DNA of 64,000 bases from a virus, in the IMG/VR virus record IMGVR_UViG_3300045988_158927, positions 25,629-89,628 of that record. One strand, 5' to 3'. The notes under the pieces were generated by a model, which had not been told where the DNA came from, searched no databases, and saw nothing but the letters and a program-made list of their open reading frames with translations. The translations under genes and the position numbers were made by a program. Shown here piece by piece: positions 56,906-64,000 of the stretch. The first letter of the stretch is position 1. Every line of letters starts with the position of its first letter.

Positions 56906-58980
56906 TGAAGAGCGACAAAGACGGGTTTCTTATCCTTGGCGTGGAAAGCGCTAGCAAGGACGATATCAGCAACCAGATTGCGAGCATGCGGAAGGACATT
57001 GCAGCCATCCGCGATGCCGTCCTAGGTGATGCCGGGGCATCCACTGCTAAATCGGTCGATGCCCTTCACGAAACGGTCAAGCGGGCGGCGCGTGAAGATC
57101 GCCACGCGAATCAGATAGCGCAACGTGCCCGCGTGGCAACCCCTGTGCAGAAAGTGCGGGTTGTCGAATCGCAGACGCAACTTTCAAACCGGGTTCGGCG
57201 CGAGAATGCGGCCAGTGCTGCACTGCCTGCACGCGGCGCCATGGGGCGATTTGTCGCGTCTGGTGGTGCGTCGTCCAATGTCGAATCCGTGTCCATCGGC
57301 CGGTCTCGTATCTCAATGGATGCCGTGGCCAATGCCGTGAAAAGCGGCGTCAGCGCGGCGAGTAATGCCGCAAATAGCGTGAGCGATCCGGCCATCAAGG
57401 CCATGGGAGAGGTCGCTACGCCGCTCAAGGGCATGATGTCGGGCGCCGGGGACGCATCGAACAAGACGCTTGGCAGAATCTGGCGCTGGCTTCGGCGCAA
57501 GGATGACCGCGAGCGCGTCGAGCAGCGCAAGCAGCAAGACACCCTGACAGACATTTCCCGCAAGCCGTTCGGCAAGGCTGGCGCCAAGGGAAGCATTCTG
57601 AGCGGCCTAGGGCTGGGCGCTGGCGCGTCGATCTTCGGCAGTGGGGCATCCGTACTGAAAGGGGCCGGCGGGGCCGTGGGCGGCCTTCTGGGCGGTCTGG
57701 GACGTGCTGCTGCAAAGGGCGGTCGCGGAATCGGTGGGTTGCTGAAGAAAATCCCGATCCTCGGCCCGCTTCTGAGCGCGGGAATGGCTGCATGGGACTA
57801 CAGTGAAGCCACAACCGATCAGGAGCGCCATAGAGCCATCGGCGGCGGTATTGGTGGTGTCGGTGGGGGCATCATCGGTGCGGCGCTTGGCGGGCCTATT
57901 GGTGCAGCCATCGGGGCATTCGCTGGCGACGCTCTCGGCAAATACGCTGGCGAGAAGTGGACCGAATGGGAGCCTACCGTTTCGGCGGCATGGAACAAGG
58001 TAAGGGATACCGCCACCGCTGCCATCACTGGCATCAGCGAGGCGGCCGGCAAACTCTGGACCGACGTTAAAGGATGGTTCGGGGACAAATTCGGCCCGGT
58101 GGTTGACAAGGTTTCCGAAGGAATCGAAGTGGCTGCAAAAGCCGCGTCGAGCTTTCAGGAAAAGGCGTCGGCGGCGTTCGGGAATGCTGTCGATTACGTG
58201 AAGGATATGGAGATCGTCAAGGCTGGCGGTCGCGTATGGGATAAGGTGAAGAGCATGTTAGGTGACACTAGTGCGCGGTTTGAAAGTAACGGGAAGGCAG
58301 GAACCATTTCTACGGGCCGGGGCGATTTCGGCGGCCGTAGTTATGGGGCTTACCAGTTTTCTTCCACGATGGGCGTGGCTGATGCGTATGCCGCGCAAAG
58401 CAAGTACGCATCGGAATTCAAGGGCCTGAAAGCGGGGACGGCTGCATTCGATGCGGCATGGGCCAGAGTGGCAGGGCGTGACCCGGCCGGGTTCAAGGCG
58501 GATCAGCACGCTTTCGTGATGGCCAAATACTACGAGCCGATGCGCAAATACTTTGCCTCGAAGGGCATCGATATGAGCAAGCGTAGCGAAGGTCTGGGGG
58601 ATGCAATGTGGTCAACTGCCGTGCAATTCGGGCCTGAGCGCGCAATGAAGATGTTCGAGACGGCTACGGGCGGTCTGAGCGCGAATCTGTCGGATGAACA
58701 AATCATTCGGGCGATTCAAGGCTACAAGATTGCGAAGAATGATATGCTTTTCTCATCGTCGAGCGCGTCCGTGCGTGCAGGTACGCTTGCGCGTGCATCG
58801 CTTGAGCAGCAGGCGTTACTGTCGAAAGTGAACGTTCCGATGGCGCCAAACGTAAGTGCGGCCCCGACTCTGCGCGAGCAACTCAATGTCAACGTGAAGA
58901 ATTCGCCGGCCACTAAGGACGTGGGGCAGGATGTGAAGGACCGGAACATCGCGCACGTTGCGACGGGGGGTAAAAAATAA
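56905..58980 (+). CDS. tape-measure-like protein with Gly-rich membrane-like segments and a C-terminal lysozyme-like segment
   Basis: Long Gly/Ala runs (GLGLGAGASIFGSGASVLKGAGGAVGGLLGGLG; GGGIGGVGGGIIGAALGGPIGAAIGAFAG). The C-terminal part reads FESNGKAGTISTGRGDFGGRSYGAYQFSS. It lies directly upstream of the baseplate genes. Confidence 0.55.
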   Translation: MKSDKDGFLILGVESASKDDISNQIASMRKDIAAIRDAVLGDAGASTAKSVDALHETVKRAAREDRHANQIAQRARVATPVQKVRVVESQTQLSNRVRRENAASAALPARGAMGRFVASGGASSNVESVSIGRSRISMDAVANAVKSGVSAASNAANSVSDPAIKAMGEVATPLKGMMSGAGDASNKTLGRIWRWLRRKDDRERVEQRKQQDTLTDISRKPFGKAGAKGSILSGLGLGAGASIFGSGASVLKGAGGAVGGLLGGLGRAAAKGGRGIGGLLKKIPILGPLLSAGMAAWDYSEATTDQERHRAIGGGIGGVGGGIIGAALGGPIGAAIGAFAGDALGKYAGEKWTEWEPTVSAAWNKVRDTATAAITGISEAAGKLWTDVKGWFGDKFGPVVDKVSEGIEVAAKAASSFQEKASAAFGNAVDYVKDMEIVKAGGRVWDKVKSMLGDTSARFESNGKAGTISTGRGDFGGRSYGAYQFSSTMGVADAYAAQSKYASEFKGLKAGTAAFDAAWARVAGRDPAGFKADQHAFVMAKYYEPMRKYFASKGIDMSKRSEGLGDAMWSTAVQFGPERAMKMFETATGGLSANLSDEQIIRAIQGYKIAKNDMLFSSSSASVRAGTLARASLEQQALLSKVNVPMAPNVSAAPTLREQLNVNVKNSPATKDVGQDVKDRNIAHVATGGKK

Positions 58981-59258
58981 TGGATGTCGGGGCAATGATT
59001 CGCCATTGGATCACAACCCCGGCTTATGGGTATCTGGGTAGTTCGTATGGCTGCCACGCGGCCGACCTTCTCCAGTTACCCCTAGGCGATGGGGCCGTAG
59101 CGGATGCTTTGATAGCAAAGCTTAAGGAAGACATTCCCCCGCTAAAATCTCTGCCAGTGAATATCTACGCGGTCGGGAATGGCGTGGATCAGCAACAAAT
59201 CATCATCGAATGCGCCGGGCAGGCCGTCGATATAACGGATCGGGTATTTAAGGAGTAA
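58980..59258 (+). CDS. baseplate wedge W/gp25-like protein (tentative)
   Basis: 92 aa. ITTPAYGYLGSSYGCHAADLLQLP resembles the gp25/W motif. It sits before a J-like gene. Confidence 0.4.
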   Translation: MDVGAMIRHWITTPAYGYLGSSYGCHAADLLQLPLGDGAVADALIAKLKEDIPPLKSLPVNIYAVGNGVDQQQIIIECAGQAVDITDRVFKE

Positions 59259-59260
59259 CG

Positions 59261-60829
59261 ATGCTCACCAAGGCGGATTTTTTGAAAGCGGCGGAACAAG
59301 AAATCCGCTCTAACCCATCGAAGTATTCGCAGCTATCCCCGCTGCTGTACGCGGGCGATCCTCGGCTTACGCAGGCCATCGGGTCCATTGCCACGATGCT
59401 TTCCATGCTCTCCCAGCAGATCGAGGCATCCACTGATGAGCAATTCAACCGGATCAAGAAAAGTACGGTTGACGCTTGGCTTGCGTCCCATGGCGTCTGG
59501 AAGAGCGCGAAGGCGGCCACGTTCAAAGTGAGGGTCAAAAACCCGCACCCGACCGCTAACGTATTGCTGGGGCTGTTCACTCAATTGGTGAGTGACAACG
59601 GTGTGACGTGCCGGACGATGGACCGTCGCGCCTATACCATCGAACCGAATCAATCGATTACGGTCGATGTGGGGCAATACACGCGCCGGAACAACAATAA
59701 CGACTTTGTACACACGGTCACGGAAACCAAACCGTTCTATCAGATTGAAATTCCTGTGGAAGAAGACGGGGAATACCGCGAGGATTTGCTTGTCTACGTC
59801 AACGATGAGGGATGGTCCTATCAGGCCGACTACATGAACCTTCAACCCGGGGACAAGGCTTACACGCTGACCGTCTCTTCCACTGGAAGACTGGTGGTCC
59901 AATTCGGGGATGACGCGCTGGGCGGCAAGATGCTCAAGGCTGGCGACGTTGTGCGCATGAATGCGTTCACCACAAAGGGCGCTGATCACGGCATCCGCGT
60001 CGGCACCAAGATGGTTACTGAAAACCCGTTCGACCATGGTGCGACGCTGGAATTCGAGGTTATCGAGATCACGTACCCGGGCGAAAACCCGATGAGCGAA
60101 GAGGCCAAGGCGCAACTGGCCAAATACCCGGCTCTCTACGATTCCAGCGCGGTCTATCTGGGAGAGTTTGAGGCCATGGTTCGGCGCAAGATGCCAAACC
60201 TGCAATTCCTGTCCATTTGGAACGAGATGCGGCACGAAGAAGCGACGGGGACGCGAGACGTGAAGAACGTCAATTGCCTGTTTATCGCTGCGCTGAACGT
60301 GAACGGCACCGGCTATCAATACGGCTATAACGGCAATGCGCGTGCCACGTCCGTGCAATTCACCGAGATTCCGACTACCCAAATGGCGCAACCAACTAGT
60401 CAATTCCTTTACGAGATTGAGAAGATCATCAAGGAAGCTGACGATTCATACCGCGTCCGTTTCTGGCATCCATGCGCCATCAATCCGGCTATCACGGTGA
60501 ACATTGAATGCGGTTCCTCATTCGATGCCGAACAAATCCGGACCAAGGCAAAGCAGGCCATCGTCAAACGGTACGGACGTTACTATGCCGGCAGTGAAAA
60601 CAGATCGCCGGCATACCCTAACCGCGCCATCCGTCGCCGGGACATCGTGAACATGATTCAGAACGAATGCCCGGAACTGCGCGCACCGGGGAGTGAGATT
60701 GATGTTCTGGTGGACGATCCTGCTGGATTATCGAGCCATCCGAATATCTATAAGTGGGTCCGAGAGCAAGACATCACGATCAACGTGAAGACCTCCGGTC
60801 TGGTCGGCGTGGCATGGGGTGAAGACTGA
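59261..60829 (+). CDS. baseplate J-like protein (tentative)
   Basis: 522 aa with RBS AGGAG. The call rests on position and the N-terminal block ...STVDAWLASHGVWKSAKAATFKVRV. Confidence 0.5.
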   Translation: MLTKADFLKAAEQEIRSNPSKYSQLSPLLYAGDPRLTQAIGSIATMLSMLSQQIEASTDEQFNRIKKSTVDAWLASHGVWKSAKAATFKVRVKNPHPTANVLLGLFTQLVSDNGVTCRTMDRRAYTIEPNQSITVDVGQYTRRNNNNDFVHTVTETKPFYQIEIPVEEDGEYREDLLVYVNDEGWSYQADYMNLQPGDKAYTLTVSSTGRLVVQFGDDALGGKMLKAGDVVRMNAFTTKGADHGIRVGTKMVTENPFDHGATLEFEVIEITYPGENPMSEEAKAQLAKYPALYDSSAVYLGEFEAMVRRKMPNLQFLSIWNEMRHEEATGTRDVKNVNCLFIAALNVNGTGYQYGYNGNARATSVQFTEIPTTQMAQPTSQFLYEIEKIIKEADDSYRVRFWHPCAINPAITVNIECGSSFDAEQIRTKAKQAIVKRYGRYYAGSENRSPAYPNRAIRRRDIVNMIQNECPELRAPGSEIDVLVDDPAGLSSHPNIYKWVREQDITINVKTSGLVGVAWGED

Positions 60830-61683
60830 TGAAGATGCTTCCATTGCAGGACTCGTTTGAACAAAGCGGGTTCGAGGATCAGATCAGAAGGCTTGCCATC
60901 AAACTTTACGATGACAAACTGTCGAGTGATGTTCAGGATATCGCCATGTCCGGCATCCCGTATCAGGATGGCATTTCTTTCAAGTATTTGCAGCGCGTCG
61001 TGCTGCGCGATGGCCTGTCGCTGCTGGATTTTGAATCGAGCCCGAACCGCTTGCGGCACTTGCTCCGTCTCTGGCTGTCGCAGAAAGGGACGCACAAGCG
61101 CGGATTGAAATTCCTTAAGAAGTACATTGACATTCTGTACCGTGGCGATGCCAAAGTAACCCAACTCTGGCTTGACGCCTCGCGCCCGTACCCCTCGACC
61201 ATTGATGACGTGGCCACGAATGAATTTAGATGGTGGCGCATCCAACTGAACGAGAGCGGCAAGAAAGTGCTGAATCGAGGCCTTCCCGGCGCGTTCATGC
61301 TGAACAAGGACTACATTGAAGAGAACCGGAAAGACAACCGTGTATCGAATAATCCGAATCTTTATCTTTCTTCTCGTGTTCGTGTCTCTCTGTCTCTGGA
61401 CGCAAAAGAGCAACGCGCTTCACGCATGCGGGAAACGTTCCGGCGCATCCTTCCTGCCCGGTTTGTCATCGACTTCAAACTTTGGGAAGCCGAGGCAATC
61501 GAGTATTACAAGAACTTCATGTCGGTGGACGTTTCCTTCGTCGCCACGCTCTATCCTGAAATCCAGTACCCATGGTCCGCGCCCGTGGTAACGTCTGATC
61601 GGTCACGCGCATTCCGTGTGACAAACCCGGGCACTACGCGCCTCGGCGGAAACTACGTTGACATTGAAATCAAGAAGGTCTGA
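60829..61683 (+). CDS. P2 gpI-like baseplate/tail protein (tentative)
   Basis: RLRHLLRLWLSQKGTHKRGLKFL resembles the gpI KGT block. Its position fits the W-J-I-fibre order. Confidence 0.45.
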   Translation: MKMLPLQDSFEQSGFEDQIRRLAIKLYDDKLSSDVQDIAMSGIPYQDGISFKYLQRVVLRDGLSLLDFESSPNRLRHLLRLWLSQKGTHKRGLKFLKKYIDILYRGDAKVTQLWLDASRPYPSTIDDVATNEFRWWRIQLNESGKKVLNRGLPGAFMLNKDYIEENRKDNRVSNNPNLYLSSRVRVSLSLDAKEQRASRMRETFRRILPARFVIDFKLWEAEAIEYYKNFMSVDVSFVATLYPEIQYPWSAPVVTSDRSRAFRVTNPGTTRLGGNYVDIEIKKV

Positions 61684-61685
61684 AC

Positions 61686-62075
61686 ATGTCCAGCAGCATC
61701 ATTACCGATTATTACCGTACCAAACTGGCCGATGCCGTCCTTAACGGCGGCTCCGTCCCCTCGCCCGTAAAACTCGTTCTGGGGAGCGGCGGCCATAGTG
61801 GCACGCAAGTAATTGACGTATCGTCATCGTCTACGGCCGTGCGGAACAAGGTGGGCGAGAAGAACGCAACCGTTCGCAGCAAAGCCGGCCCCATGGCCAT
61901 CGTGGTTGGGGCTGAATTTTCGGCTTCAGACATTGCAGCGACAGGCAGTCAGAAGGTCATTTCTGAAGCCGCCATCATCGACAATACTGGGCAGGCTATC
62001 GCTATCAAGAACTTTTCACCGAAGTTTATTGAAATTGGCGAGACCTACTCGATTACGATGCGCATCAATTTTTGA
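61686..62075 (+). CDS. tail-fibre N-terminal-domain-like protein
   Basis: IITDYYRTKLADAVLNGGSVPSPVKLVLGSGGH resembles the ITxxG...A..G..i.it....G.G motif of P2 gpH-type fibre N-termini. Confidence 0.5.
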   Translation: MSSSIITDYYRTKLADAVLNGGSVPSPVKLVLGSGGHSGTQVIDVSSSSTAVRNKVGEKNATVRSKAGPMAIVVGAEFSASDIAATGSQKVISEAAIIDNTGQAIAIKNFSPKFIEIGETYSITMRINF

Positions 62076-62083
62076 GGTAAAAC

Positions 62084-64000
62084 ATGGAAAAAATTCGGCC
62101 GCTTTCCAGCCATAACAGCGTATTTCCGGTTCAAGATGAGCTGAACGACAGGTTCAAACTCATCAATAAGAACTTTGAAATTCTGTCTGCCGTGGCTGGC
62201 CAGAATGGCGGGAATCTTGATAATCTGGTCACGTCCGTTAACGGACAGACCGGGGACGTGACGATCCAGACCGGCGCCCGTCCTAACGAGGAGCTTACCG
62301 GGGTTGTTACCCTGAACGGTGAGCCGATTGCTACGCAATCTTGGGTCCAAGGGAAGATCATCCCGCCTGTTCGTTATGCGCGTGCGACGACGCTTTCTGA
62401 CGGCCTGATGTCGGCCGACGATAAGCGTAAGCTGGACGTGCTGGACGTGGCGCAACTGATGAATTCCCCGTCTGATGTTCGGACGGTGAACGGCATGAAG
62501 GGCAACGTTCGGATCACGGCCGAAAGCCTGGGGGCTGCTACCCGCGTTGATCCTACGTTCACTGGCACGGTCAATGTCCCGACGCTGGACGCATCCGACG
62601 GCAATCTGCGCTTTGACAACCGCGCCGCCTCGATCAAGTTTGTCAAACAATACTTTGTCCGGGCCAGTGCAGAAGTTACGGATTCGCTGGAAAACGCGAC
62701 CAACCTTAAAGCCGGCCTCATGTCGCCGGAAGACAAATCGAAGCTGGACCGTCTGCCGGAAGGTGGGGCACAAAGCGCGGTTGTCTCCGTGAACTCGAAG
62801 ACTGGAGCTGTTCAGCTTGAAGTAGATGACATTCCGGGCGCTGCCCCCATCGAGGAGCCGCACTTCCGTCGTGCCGCGTTCGTCGATGGCAAAAAGGTTG
62901 CCACCGAAGAGATGGTTAACAGCGTGTCGGCGCGGGATCGCGGCGCGATCAAAGATGCCATCATGTCGGACCTCAATAACCGTTTGGTTACTGACAACCA
63001 AAACGGCCTGATGGATTCGACCTCGTTCAAGAAACTGTCAGACCTGCCCGATCCTAAGCGCGTCATTACCCGTATCAACGGCATTGAAGCAACCGGACGC
63101 ACCAATACGGTTACGCTGACGCCCGACGATATCGGGGCAGTGAGCCGCGCCAATCCGCGCATGGATTCGGAGCCCGCGATTGCTAACGTTCGTCTGTCCG
63201 ACTGGATTCGAGAGAACATCAGCGTATCGCGCATCACTGCCGGCCTGATGTCGCCGGCCGATAAGCGCAAGCTGGATAGCCTGAGCGTTACGCAGGAATT
63301 CAGCGGGGATATGAAGGGCAACAGGGTAACGAACCTCGGAACCCCCGAGAGCGTTAACGACGCTGCCACTAAAGCCTACGTTGATACTGCCAAGCAAGGC
63401 GCCATCGATGAATCCCGGCGTAGCGTGGAAGAGGCTAAATTCAACCTTGAAAGTGCAATCCGCGAAGCCAAAGAAACAGGTGCCGATGCACGCGCCGAGG
63501 CAGATAAAGCCAATCGTTCCGTGCGTTCCTTGGAAGCCAAGGCTTCGACTGCCGAGACTGGCATCAGCGACCTGAAATCGCGGATGACCACGCTTGAAGG
63601 TCGCGCCAATAACCCGGGCGTGGTCTCGTTTGACGGCAACATGGCCGGCAAGAAGATTACCAATCTTGCCGTGCCTGAGAACGACCGCGACGGCGCGAAC
63701 AAGGCTTACGTCGATAGCAAACATGATGCAGCTATCAACGTCGCCAAGCAGTACACCGATTCGGCAAAGCGTTCTATCGAGAGCGAGGTTTCTTCCGTCC
63801 AATCGACTATCGGCAACCTGAGCGGCCGTATCGATACGCTGGAGGCACGGCAGGATCGTGACACGGTGTACGACGATACCGAGCTAAAACGCCGCGTTAA
63901 GACGCTGGAAGATAAGCCCGGATACGATGATTCAGGCGTTAAGCAACGTATTCAGGCGTTGGAAACGAAGACGGACAAGGATACCGTCTATGACGATTCC
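62084..64000 (+). CDS. tail fibre protein (3' end beyond window)
   Basis: Not in the track because it is open-ended. I translated it by hand from ATG 62084 and found 639 codons with no stop up to the window edge. It contains three GLMS(A/P)xDK(R/S)KLD repeats, two (V/I)TNLxxPExxxDxxNKAYVD units, and a coiled-coil with repeated DTVYDD. Confidence 0.7.
   Translation, partial: MEKIRPLSSHNSVFPVQDELNDRFKLINKNFEILSAVAGQNGGNLDNLVTSVNGQTGDVTIQTGARPNEELTGVVTLNGEPIATQSWVQGKIIPPVRYARATTLSDGLMSADDKRKLDVLDVAQLMNSPSDVRTVNGMKGNVRITAESLGAATRVDPTFTGTVNVPTLDASDGNLRFDNRAASIKFVKQYFVRASAEVTDSLENATNLKAGLMSPEDKSKLDRLPEGGAQSAVVSVNSKTGAVQLEVDDIPGAAPIEEPHFRRAAFVDGKKVATEEMVNSVSARDRGAIKDAIMSDLNNRLVTDNQNGLMDSTSFKKLSDLPDPKRVITRINGIEATGRTNTVTLTPDDIGAVSRANPRMDSEPAIANVRLSDWIRENISVSRITAGLMSPADKRKLDSLSVTQEFSGDMKGNRVTNLGTPESVNDAATKAYVDTAKQGAIDESRRSVEEAKFNLESAIREAKETGADARAEADKANRSVRSLEAKASTAETGISDLKSRMTTLEGRANNPGVVSFDGNMAGKKITNLAVPENDRDGANKAYVDSKHDAAINVAKQYTDSAKRSIESEVSSVQSTIGNLSGRIDTLEARQDRDTVYDDTELKRRVKTLEDKPGYDDSGVKQRIQALETKTDKDTVYDDS

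Noticed and set aside
1-64000. Integrase, transposase, attachment sites, toxin-antitoxin pairs, retron/DGR reverse transcriptase, and known defence-system signatures.
   Set aside because: I read all listed translations and saw no integrase (R-H-R-Y), DDE, RT (YxDD), HEPN, PIN or similar motifs. Absence cannot be proven without profile searches.

Overview
This window is a 64-kb, gene-dense segment of a large tailed dsDNA phage, either a free phage or the interior of a prophage. It holds about 100 credible genes, all on the + strand, mostly abutting or overlapping at ATGA/TGATG junctions. In order, the window contains: (1) the 3' part of a Toprim-type primase gene; (2) an early-looking block with sigma70-like promoters, two paralogous lipoproteins and a secreted protein; (3) a nucleotide-metabolism block with a dUTPase carrying an N-terminal extension, a P-loop NTPase, a DUF1064-like nuclease and ThyX; (4) membrane and spanin genes; (5) a catalytically degenerate C5-methyltransferase-like gene; (6) a tandem array of ~80-aa paralogs at 14.4-17.8 kb; (7) a run of tiny membrane proteins; (8) RecT, an XRE regulator, and the small and large terminase; (9) a 776-aa PPase-like/low-complexity protein followed by a 2046-aa N6-MTase + SNF2-helicase polyvalent protein; (10) three terminator-insulated late genes; (11) a 1-kb ORF-free island full of repeats at 37.2-38.2 kb; (12) a second tandem paralog array of ~150-aa proteins at 38.2-42.3 kb; (13) AT-richer unknown genes; (14) a myovirus-type morphogenesis block with a protease/scaffold-like protein, a SWIM protein, capsid, sheath, a portal-like protein, a tape-measure-like protein, baseplate W/J/I-like proteins, and a tail fibre that runs off the window. 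I recognised no rRNA, tRNA, CRISPR array, integrase or transposase. All functional calls rest on motifs read by eye from the translations, and no database search was possible. Start codons were often trimmed relative to the ORF track using RBS, terminator and promoter context.
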